From: Candidatus Kapaibacterium sp.
GTDB taxonomy: Bacteria > Bacteroidota > Ignavibacteria > Kapaibacteriales > UBA2268
NCBI GenBank assembly: GCA_965140345.1
Contig: OZ223197.1
Coordinates: forward strand, 79,481-143,480
Length of the DNA: 64,000 bases
Direction of reading: 5' to 3'
Of this stretch, positions 41,901-51,000 are shown piece after piece. Both the position numbers and the translations under genes were made by a program. Within the stretch, counting starts at the first letter, position 1. Every line of letters begins with the position of its first letter. The notes beneath the pieces are model-generated. The model worked only from the letters and a program-made list of their open reading frames with translations, made no database searches and was not told the DNA's origin.

Positions 41901-42303
41901 ATTATATCCTCTCGAATTGCTTGATGAGCTAAACCAGAATGATGATATGGCATTAAACAAGCTATTTAATGTTATAGTTAACAGTTTTGATAGCAATCTT
42001 GATAATTTAAAACTAGATAATATCAGAATAACTGAATATCCTGTAAAAGCAAATCAGAGTAAATACGACTTGCAATTCTACTTTGAAGAGAAAGAAGAAG
42101 TAAAACTCCTAATTGAATATAGTTCAAAGATATACAGCTCTAAGTTTATAGATAAATTGACTCAAAAACTTGAAACAATACTAAATATGATGCAGGTCTC
42201 TCAGATTAAAATAAAGGATATTTTAAATTCAATATCTGAGCAAGCTTTATATAAACGAGATGACTTTTTAAGAGACATAGACAATATTGACGAGGAATTT
42301 TAA
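29992..42303 (+). CDS. Hybrid fatty-acyl-AMP ligase / PKS / aminotransferase / NRPS megasynthase (iturin/mycosubtilin MycA-like): AL-ACP-KS-AT-ACP-AMT-C-A-PCP-C-PCP-C
   Basis: Approximate nt ranges: AL 29992-31600 (FSSGSTGSPKGV, YGLAEATLAV); ACP ~31640-31840; KS 31860-33130 (DTACSSSL, EAHGTGT, NIGHTEAAAG); AT 33430-34350 (GHSTGEYAA); ACP ~34560-34780 (GMDSLTL); class-III aminotransferase 35150-36420 (GSEAIMVAIRVARA, PLP-Lys TYGKVIGGGMP); C 36440-37720 (HHIIFDGLS); A 37750-39180 (YTSGSTGKPKGV, NVYGPTETT, YKTGD, IRGYRVELEEIE); PCP ~39300 (GGDSIKSI); C 39470-40690 (HHLILDGWS); PCP ~40790 (GGHSLKII); C 40950-42303 (HHIIFDGWS). Uninterrupted 4103-aa ORF. Confidence 0.95.
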   Translation: MKNLIELLANIRNSSKGITFYTSTGTSEFYSYQYLYLSSQSRLQHFNQNNIDSSFQAVFQISSDKNFIESLWACILGGITVVPLPLADSKESEQKLRNILDLLDNPIILSDSDAIIEDYDAIDVSETFVESEIELEFKSQNPLLIQFSSGSTGSPKGVIVSHENLISNLESMRTTLEFRKDEVFLSWAPLTHSSGMILAHLNAVRGDYNQIQIERQAFISNPLNWIYLTDKHKATFIFAPNFGYKYFLSALDKKVNYEWDLSSVRYIMNGSEQISAEIANEFTYTLSKYRLNSKAMTTIYGLAEATLAVSCESIYEELQYLNVNRNSINLGGSIEVSKDDKNSLKLVSQGKAVANTQIRIFDEEVLSDNMVGEIQVRSDSVISSYYKNPTATESLLTPDSWLKTGDLGFLRDGKLYVCGRQKELIIINGINYYPDDIERQLASLIDISQNHIIVSSKINETSGTEEIVCGVASERDLDVESIKKNFIAKYGIVISHIRKIESIPTTSNGKKQRIKFAKDFIIEHDKTDNNISINNLDLWQIRDVIIKVAEKFVESNFDSNKNFALQGFNSIKTVEFVSDLSKILNINLDAFVVFNNPDVQSLSNYISSKMSYLEAKKDISEDQNYEDIAIIGIDCRFPKAKNADEFYRNLISHIDCISEIPKSRWDVSKIADSKIKEIPNYGGFLSDFDLFDNEFFNILPIEAKSLDPQQRLLLETTIHALEDANIKIEDIRNSDCGVYVGIANSDYAAVEAKSSELQKITPYSFTGYTPSTAAGRISYFLGLHGPNLAIDTACSSSLAALHYASRGIQNKECKLAIVSGVNLILSPEMNIGLYEMGVLSEDGRCKTFDKKANGYVRSEGCATLIIKSLKQAEEDGDRVYGVVKASALSHDGASNGLTAPNGVAQVKVMQKSLGIAKLHAKDINYFEAHGTGTVVGDLQELNSISELCGKIEPHQKVGAVKSNIGHTEAAAGLAGVIKILKAYEKGTLPGNLHFNHLPENSHVDISDSNIVSKNIDIFELLSEANSDKLRASINSFGYSGTNVNLILEQYPNANIKTKVTHSSNAIRVLPLTAKTSESLDKTMQAYSELLNKEAIHIDDLIANLELFRDKYKHRAAIVSTNSNIIDILSDPTSSKIKYKVLKSSSITESKGIVFTYPGGGAQRLKMGQELIQKDSVFADNMLKCDKLLSNYLNTSIIDIINNNKEKLGKLEFAQPALFAIEYSLSQMFVSYGLTPQAVIGHSTGEYAAACIAGIISLEDAVKMISVRAKLMDSIDTKGKMVAVYTNSETVGKYLTDYQKYVSIATINSSENVVISGSSEKVDEIVQKIKADGIEFKELKISQASHSPIMEEIIDPYREAIKYIEFKEAKIDYYNNITGKKLEKGTILDAEYWCNHILECVNFAASLQNIREDGFHIFLELGPSPVLTGVGLQDYPDDLFISAFAKDFDEYEQIQRVLGELYVNGIDLSFSKIYKIEQFNKIELPKYQFSQKRFYQDPNHGLYKQNNQIYQTVTSIPEQVKMKTSRNYKNEILEIIADKTGLEKEQLDINTGFFQMGMDSLTLVKMRQEINKKYAISVSMTDLVKNYDTVSKLSEFVSSNMPEEPEVIENSTYEPVQPLQNHQQTSSNQNVSYVESIIQQQMQIMQQQLNLLQNSAQVISEPVQQKKVKKQSKPTNFRSLKLDGDNLSVEQEKFINDLIEKYNHKTKSSMEYAQKHRKHLCDWINTLSFRFSLKKMSYPFVSSRSEGGYVWDLDGNKYIDIANGYGVHFFGHRPKFVEEAILQQIDKGFELGPQSAIVGETAELLARLSKNERVTFCNTGSEAIMVAIRVARAKTGRDEIVIFGGSYHGTFDGVLAVPDDDGDSRPVSIGVPEGMVENVKVLDYGSDEALEYIKIKSQNIAAVICEPVQSRKPHLQPKEFIKELREITQNSGTTLIFDEVVNGFRISAGGAQEFYGIKADLVTYGKVIGGGMPLGVLAGKAEFLDYIDGGNWDFADNSVPENDIIFFGGTFCKHPLTMAACNAVLKKIEKEGDELYNRLNSMTADFADKANKLFKELRVPLTCTYFASQFRIDGQNEYSLLLKPIELDIFFYLMIYKGVYFWERKVNFFSTETSKEDVEYILKAMREALTEMIDNGFFPDETRKISPIKIMEASTSQKRMFLLSQYEGGEIAYHITLPFLVKGKLETNKLEAAISKIVDRHEILRTKFYLKDSKIISEVVDNYDFKLTHFEIEDDLQSGINKFIQSFDLSSLPLFRFGLAKINENEHLLVLDIHHIIFDGLSIAVLIDELCKFYVGEEVDYQPVQFKRFLNLEEKYFGSKDFQIDKEYWLENLKDLPVAADLLHDFSRPPKTTFEGDQLHFQIDSELTTKIFKYSREKGITLNTVLLSAYALMLNKLSGAEDFVIGCPASIRSIDDDLDTAIGLMANTVPHRIKLDKIQKFSEFAQKQAIQTTENYEHSIYPIEKIIEDLALENYGNRHPLFDSLFIFEAADSRLFDIEGLSFERYKYQKQTTMSDLVFEAIKESGVINCSIEYDKNLFEKATIQRFIVYYNNILSQIISDNDVSIQDVNIIPEKEYQILKSGLMDYNHEAKLESALDIFTKNVANNPYKKAVITSDKTILYKDLDKLSNSIAYHIQNNINRTDAKVALLLDRNEYLIAAILACYKLGVPYIPLDKSTPQERNEYILQDSMADLLITEDDMKISIPQLHLSGIDFSEDHIVEYNSDLNSLAYITYTSGSTGKPKGVIIRQENIVAFVDNFDKVFNFQRDEKILAVTTVSFDISNLEIICSLLYGMTVVLASDAEINNLNLLKELCHINHIENIQLTPSRCNLLYQELGKPFLTSFKTILVGGEAMPKSLYNELKHFKNTRVINVYGPTETTIWSSSKLINDSELNIGRALVGEKIFILDQENNPVPIGVKGDICIAGTGVGNGYYNRKDLTKDRFIKADFIDDIIYKTGDIGRINNNLEVEIFGRNDNQIKIRGYRVELEEIENIANSISGVQSAVCKLENDSTLAMFYIGIITEQELKKELRDKLPAYMLPAYFTKVENFPQTPNGKINRKALKSEIKNEKIEYLDKQLNNKESKFIEILKEVLGLDSKISLDSDYFEIGGDSIKSIKLISALYKEVIEVDFKTLFTADSIAEIIQKATFKDNIKDDNEIEISDMLDLLPMQEGMLFESLGKDKSIYHEQLSFSLQGDLDFKRYKNAWNKVLGHFDIFKSTLQTDENYKYKRKINNHMTGKGFISENSDFEVLKRNDLENNFSIENGELYRLYLNKRNDITDVIFSYHHLILDGWSLTILFDLIRKLYKNPEYDISEIPDTYSQISQKIIKNNASVSIQDATQSLLGLENLKETKLCIQSNDMLENIESVSTTLNVVTLDKLKDYATKQKVSLQSILLGAWTKQLSMQNQSDTACFALSISGRNYSYPDIDKAVGLLMNTLPMKINTDNNINTSIKEVHAKLASVLDYQHISLAEIIANFDNKNIYDHIIVIENYQPTDLSVSDTVKVENIDFYENTDTPAVVYFSIEDGIIIRINSKTADKASLEAFLESYKSQLLAITGDNKDKGLPEKDISKQVISLFEKILEVKNLSLNSDFFDFGGHSLKIIRLLTAMYKEFNFKMEVEELYKNPTPLKIASLIEKASNTDLSVTQEIYPLPPKEKYDLSYAQRRLWLFAERFPENTSYNVFGNLIFEGDLDINAFEKTIRTILEINPIFRIAIDNEGGMPSQRIMANDFVLKVNEFENKKEIEEYVESFSRTEMQLNKGNLFRIELIKLNHSKYIFLFNAHHIIFDGWSNDLLLKQIQTIYRDIVKGQAIDIQTGSINYFDYAHWHNQGVMNGKFHSQKLYWQNQLQDIQEISILKGDLSTEINIPALSIYKELKLNELIISRRYSKFTILTAAVTMLISAYENRDKIILGIPVSGRTPQIELSSLMGYFINTLPLVVDINKESGVEDYLEEITEKISNINSNQLYPLELLDELNQNDDMALNKLFNVIVNSFDSNLDNLKLDNIRITEYPVKANQSKYDLQFYFEEKEEVKLLIEYSSKIYSSKFIDKLTQKLETILNMMQVSQIKIKDILNSISEQALYKRDDFLRDIDNIDEEF

Positions 42304-44158
42304 AATGTGCGGAATTGCTGGAATATTTGACCCTAAAACAAAAAGCTCTTTTAATACTAAAACTTTAAAGAGAATGGCTGATAAGATAGTACATCGTGGA
42401 CCGGATGATGATGGCTATTTTGTGGATAGTATGTGCGGACTTGCATTCAGAAGACTTTCAATTGTAGATTTATCCACAGCTGGTAATCAGCCGTTTTATA
42501 ACGAAGAAAAGTCAATTGTATCAGTTACAAATGGCGAAATTTACAACTATCCTGAACTTAGGAAAGATCTTTTGGCTAAAGGACACAAATTAAATTCTAA
42601 CTGTGATACTGAGATAATAAATCATCTTTATGAAGAGTATGGAGATACTTTTGTAGAAAAGCTTGACGGTCAGTTTGCAGTAGCACTTTATGATAAAAAC
42701 CTGCAATCCTTGCTTCTTGCCAGAGATTTTGTGGGAGTAGCACCTTTGTTTTGGACTAAGCATAATGGTGTTATATATTTTGCTTCAGAGATAAAAGCGA
42801 TATTAGCTAATCAAGATATAACACGAGAGATTGACCTGACTTCTCTGGATTCTATGTTTACATTTCCATCAATTGTTTCGCCAAGAACGATGTTCAAAGG
42901 TATTCACTCATTAAAGCCGGGACATATTCTAAAAATCCATTCTGATGAAGCTAAAGAATTGAAATATTACGATTTAGACTATCCACAGGAAATAGATTTA
43001 GATTCAGAAAAATCTGTTGATGAGCATATAGAAAATATTGATTTTCTACTTGGAAAAGCTGTTAAAAAAAGATTGCAGGCAGATGTTCCTGTGGGCTGTT
43101 ATATAAGTGGTGGACTCGATTCTTCTATAATATCATCTCTCACTCGTAAAGAATTGTCAAATAGAGACCTAAATTCATATTCTATTCTTTTCGATGATAA
43201 CAAAATAGATGAAAGAAAATATCAAAGAATGATGTCTCAGCAGATTGCTTCCAATCACAATGAAATAGAATTCGATTGGCAGAGCATTAGCAATTATCTG
43301 CAAAAAGCTGTGTACCATGCGGAAACACCTCTTAAAGAAACATATAATACCTGTTCACTGGCACTTTCTGAAAAAGTGAATGATTCAGGATTAAAAGTGA
43401 TTCTAACAGGTGAAGGAGCTGATGAGATTTTTGCAGGCTATGTAGGCTATAGATTGGATTTGGAACGTGAGCCTGAAGAATTAGAACCTGAAATAATCGA
43501 AGATCAGGCTATTAGAGAAGATTTGTGGGGAGATTCGCAATTTATATACGAAAGAAGCTTTGTCGAGCTGAATGAGCTTAAAAATGCGATTTATGGAGAT
43601 AATATCGTTTCTTCGCTTAATGATTTTAATGCAGCATTCTCAAAACCTGTAAATAAAGAATATTTGCAGGGTAGACATATAAATCATAAACGCTCTTATT
43701 TAGATTTCAAACTAAGAATTTCTGATCACTTAGTTGCTGATCATGGCGACAGAGTAACTTTTGCTAATTCAATCGAAGGCAGATATCCATTTCTTGATAA
43801 AGATCTCTTAGATTACACAAGAAAGATACATCCTAAGTATTTAATAGAAAATGGAATAGAGAAATCAATTCTAAAAAAATATGCTGCTAAGATTGTTCCT
43901 GATGAAATTAGGAATAGAGAAAAGTTTGCATTTGTTGCGCCGGGTAGCCAATATCTGCTTCAGCATAATTATGAGTTTGTATCAGATTATCTTTCCTATG
44001 ACAGTATAAAAAGTGCAGGATATTTTAATCCTGCCACCATAGAAAGACTCAAAAAAATGTATTTAAGGCCGGATTTTTCGATAAATCAAACATTTGAAAA
44101 CGACATTCTGATGATAGTTTTGACTTTTAATATCTTATTAGAACAGTACAAAATATAA
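42287..44158 (+). CDS. Asparagine synthetase (glutamine-hydrolysing) family amidotransferase (AsnB-like)
   Basis: N-terminal Ntn Cys MCGIAGIF (class-II GATase), PP-loop SGGLDSS, 623 aa; start overlaps megasynthase stop; embedded between NRPS genes. Confidence 0.85.
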   Translation: MTRNFKMCGIAGIFDPKTKSSFNTKTLKRMADKIVHRGPDDDGYFVDSMCGLAFRRLSIVDLSTAGNQPFYNEEKSIVSVTNGEIYNYPELRKDLLAKGHKLNSNCDTEIINHLYEEYGDTFVEKLDGQFAVALYDKNLQSLLLARDFVGVAPLFWTKHNGVIYFASEIKAILANQDITREIDLTSLDSMFTFPSIVSPRTMFKGIHSLKPGHILKIHSDEAKELKYYDLDYPQEIDLDSEKSVDEHIENIDFLLGKAVKKRLQADVPVGCYISGGLDSSIISSLTRKELSNRDLNSYSILFDDNKIDERKYQRMMSQQIASNHNEIEFDWQSISNYLQKAVYHAETPLKETYNTCSLALSEKVNDSGLKVILTGEGADEIFAGYVGYRLDLEREPEELEPEIIEDQAIREDLWGDSQFIYERSFVELNELKNAIYGDNIVSSLNDFNAAFSKPVNKEYLQGRHINHKRSYLDFKLRISDHLVADHGDRVTFANSIEGRYPFLDKDLLDYTRKIHPKYLIENGIEKSILKKYAAKIVPDEIRNREKFAFVAPGSQYLLQHNYEFVSDYLSYDSIKSAGYFNPATIERLKKMYLRPDFSINQTFENDILMIVLTFNILLEQYKI

Positions 44159-44168
44159 GGGGAAAAGT

Positions 44169-45020
44169 ATGAAGGTGATTATATACTCTCTAATAATATC
44201 AATGTTTTACATAGTCGTTTTAAAAGCAGATGATAATAAAGAATCTCATCCTAATGATTCACAATGGTGGCTAAAAAGCCCGATGGATAATCCTGAATTA
44301 TATAATCAGACTCTTTACCATGTGGAAGGATCATATTCTTTTACAAATATGACAGGTAATATTGAAGGTAGTGTTCATAAAGGTACTCTCTTGAACTTTC
44401 TACGCTATAATGACTTTACATTTCATTTTAATATGATGGTTGATAAGTATAGAATAACTACATATTATGACAATTCAGGAAAGATTGAGTCTGAGAAAAC
44501 TGTTACTTCAGATCATCAAATAGCTGAGTTTGCTGTCGACTTTAACCTCTCTAAATATTTTAACATCGAAGGTGGAGTTATTTGGGAAAAAGATCAAAAA
44601 CAATCTGTGCTTGACAGATGGTCTTATTATGCAGGTCTTGGATTTAATCATCACTTTGATAATCACTATCTCGATTTTATTGTAGCAGGAGGCATGGTTG
44701 ATATAGACTATGATATACCTTCCTATATTCTAAATCTATTTGATGTTCAAAAAGAACCTGATGCTTATTTGTTCTTAATACAGAGTTACTCCTGGGCTAT
44801 CACAAAGGGAGTAATGTTTAAAGAAAAATTTCAATTTTTCCCAAATCTGTCTGAAACTAAAAGATATAGATATGGTCTTGATGTTTCAATGATCTTTAAT
44901 GTTTGGAAATCCTTGTCTGTTATGGTAGAACATATTAGAAATTATGACAACGATGCTAAAAATATTGAAGCGTACAGCACTGACACAAAAACTCTTATCG
45001 GTATCCAACTGCAATATTAG
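44169..45020 (+). CDS. Probable outer-membrane beta-barrel protein (DUF481-like) embedded in the BGC
   Basis: Signal peptide MKVIIYSLIISMFYIVVLKA; alternating aromatic/hydrophilic strands; C-terminal ...TLIGIQLQY. Confidence 0.5.
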   Translation: MKVIIYSLIISMFYIVVLKADDNKESHPNDSQWWLKSPMDNPELYNQTLYHVEGSYSFTNMTGNIEGSVHKGTLLNFLRYNDFTFHFNMMVDKYRITTYYDNSGKIESEKTVTSDHQIAEFAVDFNLSKYFNIEGGVIWEKDQKQSVLDRWSYYAGLGFNHHFDNHYLDFIVAGGMVDIDYDIPSYILNLFDVQKEPDAYLFLIQSYSWAITKGVMFKEKFQFFPNLSETKRYRYGLDVSMIFNVWKSLSVMVEHIRNYDNDAKNIEAYSTDTKTLIGIQLQY

Positions 45021-45035
45021 AAACTGAGGCAAATA

Positions 45036-48000
45036 ATGAACAAGAAAATATATTACACGGTTTTTGACTCTATAGCAAAGCAATATCCGAATAATATTGC
45101 TATTGAAGAACAAAACAGAACAATTACTTACCGGGAATTAAAAGAAAAGTCTGATCAAATAGCGGCACATATATTAAACCTGAATATTGGGCTATCCAAA
45201 GTAATAGCTATATCTATTTCTGAATCTATAGAATATGTTGCAACAGCTCTTGGTGTTATGAAGTCAGGCAATATTTTTATGCCATTGGATTTAAAACATC
45301 CGCATGAACGATTGAATAGAATTATAAAGAAAACTTCACCGGAGCTTTTAATATATAATGAAGTATCAGTAGTTAATAGATTGATACATAAGAGTATTAG
45401 CTATGATGCATTGCTCATGGATGTTGTTAATAATACCTTGCCTGAAATGTCAGGTGAAGAACCGTGTTATATCATTTCTACATCCGGTTCTACCGGAGAA
45501 CCTAAGTCAATATTAGGAATGCACAAAAGCTTTTCCCATTTTATGCACTGGGAAAGTAAAGAGTTTGAAATAAGCGAAAATGATAGAGTACCTCTGATAG
45601 CTCCTACTACTTTCGATGTGAGCTTCAGAGATATATTTGTTCCGCTTATGAATGGGGCGACTTTAGTTATTCCTCCAATTGATATTAAAAAAGATATAAA
45701 AGAATTATGTAAGTGGTTGGAAGAAAAGAATATTACATTGCTTCATATAGTGCCTTCTATCTTTAGAATGATTACTAAGATTGCAGAAAAAGATCAACAA
45801 TATAAGTTCAATAATCTTAAGCATGTTTTACTTGCAGGCGAACCTCTTTACGGAAGAGATGTTCAAGCATGGAGGAATGTATTTGGATCTAATACAGAGC
45901 TGATTAATCTATACGGCCCTTCTGAAACTACCCTGGCAAAAATTTTCAACAGACTTGGTGAGAAGCAATTTGAAGACAATAGAATTATCCCACTTGGGCA
46001 ACCAATAAGTAACACAGCAGTTCTAATTTTAAATAGAGGCAAACTTTGCGATATAGGTGAGCAAGGTGAAATTTACATAAAAACACCATTCCGTTCTTTG
46101 GGATATATAGGAGATACAAAGTTAAATGGTGAGGTGTTTGTACAAAATCCTTTAAAAGAGGAAGCAGATATAGTTTATAAAACAGGTGATATGGGTAGAT
46201 ATTTACCGGATCACTCTATCGAATTTATTGGTAGAATCGACAGGCAGATTAAAATCTCAGGAAATAGAGTTGAGTTAAATGAAATCGAATCCGCTTTTAA
46301 AGATTTTGAAGCTATTGATGATGTTATAATTATTCCTCAGAAAGATTCTGATAAAAATATTCGTCTATGTGCTTATTACACAGCAAAACATGAAATTAAT
46401 CAGTCTGAATTGAGATCTTTTTTAAGCGAAAAATTGACTGATTATATGATGCCGTCTTATTTTGTTGAGATGAAGGAATTTCCTCTTAACTTCAATGGCA
46501 AGATAGACAAAAAGGCACTTCCAAAACCTGAAGATATGCTTTATGAGAAAATTAAGTTTGTAGAAGCTGATTCAGAAATTCAAAAGACTTTAGTTCAAAT
46601 ATGGCGAGAAATATTCGAAATATCCAGAATTGGAATAAATAATAAATTTACTGATTTTGGTGGCAATTCTATGCTTGCCATAAAACTAATTGCAAAAATA
46701 TATCAAACATTCGGTAAATCAATCAGTATAAAAGAGCTTTTTGAAGATGGTTCAATAAAATCAATATCCGATACAATTTCTATTGATAATATCACTGAAA
46801 TTTCTATTGCAAAAGCTGTAAAGAAGGAAATGTACAAATTGTCATTCCAACAAGAACGACTTTGGATTTTATCACAAATTGAAGAAGCAAATGCTTCGTA
46901 TAACATTGCTTCAGCTTATAGTGTAAAAGGAAGCTTTGATGTTGGATTATTTGAAAAAGCTATAAATTTGGTGCTGAATAGACATGATGTGTTCAGAACT
47001 TCATTTCATGCTCTAAATGGGCAGCCTTTTGCAAAGATTCAGGATTTCGTAGATTTTCAAATTGATGTAGAAGTTTCACAACATCGTAATTTAGAGCAAA
47101 CGTTATCTAAAGAATCAGCAATCCAGTTCGATTTGACTCAAGCACCTCTTTGCAAGTGTAAAGTCTTTCAATTGTCTGAGGAAGAGAGAATTCTTTTCTT
47201 TAATATACATCATATCGTTGCTGATGGGAATTCATTACGTTTACTTGTAAAAGAAATAAATGATGTATATAAGCAATTGAAAAACAATAGTATTACAGAG
47301 TTTATCGATGATAGATTAAATTATGTAGATTACGCTGAATGGCAACAAGAATATTTGAAATCAGAAGAAGCAAAAGAATTCCACAACTTCTTTAGAGATA
47401 AGTTAAATGGTGAGTTGCCAATATTGACTCTACCTACCGAGTATGCCAGAACTAATTCCAAGTCTTATAATGGAAGTAGAATTAATTTAGCACTGGATTT
47501 TGAAACTACACAAGCATTAGATAGCATTTCGAACGATCTGTCTGTATCTAAGTTTACTGTGTTTGTGGCTGCAATGAACTTAATATTTAGAAAGCTTGCT
47601 GGCACAAATGATATAATTACAGGGACAGTAGCAAAAAACCGTTCATTGTCGCAATTAGAGAATATGCAGGGGTATTTCTCTAATACTCTGCCACTTAGAG
47701 TTAAAATTGACCGAGAAAAGCCTGCAAATGAATTCATCAGTCAAGTAAAAAAAGAGATATTATCAACACTTGATAAACAAATCTATCCATTTGATAAAAT
47801 CATTTCTGAATTAGATCTTGTTAGAGATTTTTCCAGAAATCCTGTGTTTGATGTGATGCTAATGTACCGAGAGAATGTGCAGGAAGATTTAAATATTCAG
47901 GGTGCTGAAATTCAAGAAATAGAAATTCCTGAAAGTCTAAGCAGAATTGAACTTGCATTTGAACTCATAGAAGCAGGTGATGATTATAAACTGGAAATAT

Positions 48001-51000
48001 CTTACAATTCTGATCTTTACTCAGAAGAACAGGTAAGAGAATATCAAAAATATTTTTCTGAAATACTAAAACAAATTTCAGTAAATAATACTAAAAGAGT
48101 TAAAGATATTTCGCTTCTATCTCAGCAAGAAACCTTAGAGTTGATTTCTAATTCTTATAGAAAATCTGAATATTCTTATCAGCAAAATATTTATAGTTTG
48201 TTCGCAGATACAGCTACTAAATATTCAGATTATAATTCTTTAAGTAACGAAGATTCTACAATAACATACTCAGAACTAGTTTCAGATGTAAATAAGATAG
48301 CAGAGTTTTTTGTTCAAGATGGCATCAAAGAAGGTGATATTGTAGCAGTTAAATCAGGTAGAACAGGAAAGCGTGTGGCTATTGTTCTAGCTCTATGGAA
48401 AATCGGAGCTGCATATCTACCGATTATAGATTCACTTCCTCAGGAAAGGATAAATTTTATATTAGCTGATTCAGGAGCTAGGTATTATGAAGAAAATTCT
48501 ATCACAGTGCCTTCTAAAAGCTCAATAGAAATAGCAATATCAGACAAAATGTTAAATCCTGCTTATGTGATCTATACTTCGGGTACGACCGGCAAGCCAA
48601 AGGGTGTAAAGGTTTCACATGCAAGCTTCCTAAATCAACTTCTGCACCAGAAAGAAGAACTGAAAATTGATGAAAAATCTGCAGTTTTGCAATTCCACGA
48701 ACATTCATTTGATGGTGCGATGGTTGAGCAGTTTCTTCCTATGATTGCAGGTGCTAAATCAGTAATAGCTACAAAAGAAATTATTGAAGATATAAGCAAC
48801 ATATACAGCTTATGTGAAAAAGAGCAAGTTACTCATGCCATTTTCCCGCCTTCGTACTTAAGCTTATTAGATATTTCCAAGCTTAATTCTTTGAAAATGA
48901 TTGCTACTGCCGGCGATGTGCCTAATATAAAAACTATCCAGGCTGTTCTTGATGCAGGAATTGAATATTATAATCTTTATGGACCAACTGAAACTTCATG
49001 CACTACTTCGATACAAAAAGTCGATCATATTGAACCTGAAATACCTTTGGGTAAACCTGTTTATAATACTTATATGTTTATAGTAGATGAGGATATGCAG
49101 GTACTTCCGCAGAGAGCTATGGGCGAAATATGTATTTCAGGAGCAGCACTAAGTCTTGGTTATATCAATAATTCTAATGACGATTCTTTTACTAAGTTAT
49201 CTTCATTAAATAATATATCTGTTTATAAAACAGGCGACGTAGCTAAAGTTGATAAAAACGGCAATTTGGTTTATATCGGAAGGAAAGATAATAGGATTAA
49301 GATACGTGGTTATAGATTAGATCCACAGGAAATAAGACAAGAAATATTGAAAGAAAATTCAGTGGTAGATGTAGAAGTAATAGCTCATAAACAGCAGCTT
49401 AAGGCTTTTGTGAAGTCTTCCAATACTTTGGATACTAATGAACTCAAAAGTCATCTGGCAACTATTCTTCCAAATTATGCTATTCCTGAGATATATTTTG
49501 TAGATACTATACCTAAAAATGCAAATAACAAAACAGACTTTGATGCATTACTTAAGCTATCTGATTTTTACGATTATCAATCAATCGAAGATGAGCTAAG
49601 TGATTTTCAGTCAGAAGTTAGGCTTGTTTTAAAAGAAGTTTTGCCGATAGAAAATATAAGACTAGACGATAACTTCTTTAAGCTAGGCGGTCATAGTCTA
49701 CTGGCGATAAGCTTAATAAGTAAAATAAATGAGAAGTTTACCAGCGATGTTAAGATAAAAGATTTCTTTAAGAATCCGACATTGAGACATTTAGCAAGCA
49801 TTATCGAAGAGGCATCTGAAAAGAATATTGTAAAACTTAAAAAAGCTCCTGTTCAAGAATCTTTTGAATTAAGTTCTCAGCAAAAAAGGATATATTCAGT
49901 TGCAAAAATGGGTGGGGATCAGGCATATAATGCACCTATTGCTATTCGATTTGAGAATTTGGACATAGAACTTTTTTCTAGAGCTTTAAACAATGTGATT
50001 CAAAAACATCCAATGCTTCGTGCTAGGATCCAAGAACATAATGGTGAACCTTGCTTATTTATCAGGGAGCATTTTGAGTATACTCCTGAAGTATTCCTTG
50101 TATCTAATGTAAACAACAAAGCTATAACTGAGAAATTGGTGGACAAACTTTCTACTGATTATCTCAATATTTCAGATTATCCTCTTTTCAAAATCTCATT
50201 CATAAAAGATGAGTTCCAAAATTCAGTTATGATCTTGAATATTCATCACGTAATAGCTGATGGTATTTCTTTAAATATCTTTGTAAAAGATTTAACAAAA
50301 GAGTATAACCATTTGAAAAGCAATGTAGTAACAGTTGAAAGAAAAGAAAATTATATTTATTTAGATTATATTTATAATCAACAATATGAAGTTGAATTAG
50401 AGAGAAACAAGACAGCTAGGGAATACTGGAAAAACAAATTACAAGGTGAACTCACCGTATTGGATTTGCCTACTAAAACTGTTAGGTCACAAGTACAGAC
50501 TTACAACGGATTGGTAGTCCATTCAACTATTGATAAGAGAAATCTAAATAAACTGAATAGAATTGCAGGTGAGTTAGGTGTTTCAAAATTCTCCATGGCG
50601 GTGGCGTTAGTAAAAATCCTTTTAAGGAGATATACGGGGCAAAATGATATTATATTGGGCACAGCTGTTTCCGGTAGAGAATATAAAGAATATGAAGATA
50701 TTATAGGGCTTTTCTCAAATATTATTCCATTAAGGGATAATATTGAAAAATCAGATACGCTTGTGAACATAATTGAAAAAGTAAGCAAGACAATTAATGA
50801 AAGCTTTGAGTATCAAGCGTATCCATTTGAAAAAATGATTGAAGACTTAGCTCTAGAAAGAGACATGAGCCGAGGTGCAATTTTCGATTTTGCAATGACT
50901 TATGGTTATAAAGATGAAGCACAATTTGAGTTTGACGGAGTTAAAGCTGAGTATCTTCAAAATAAAGGCTATTACAGTAAATTTGATATATTATTCTCTT

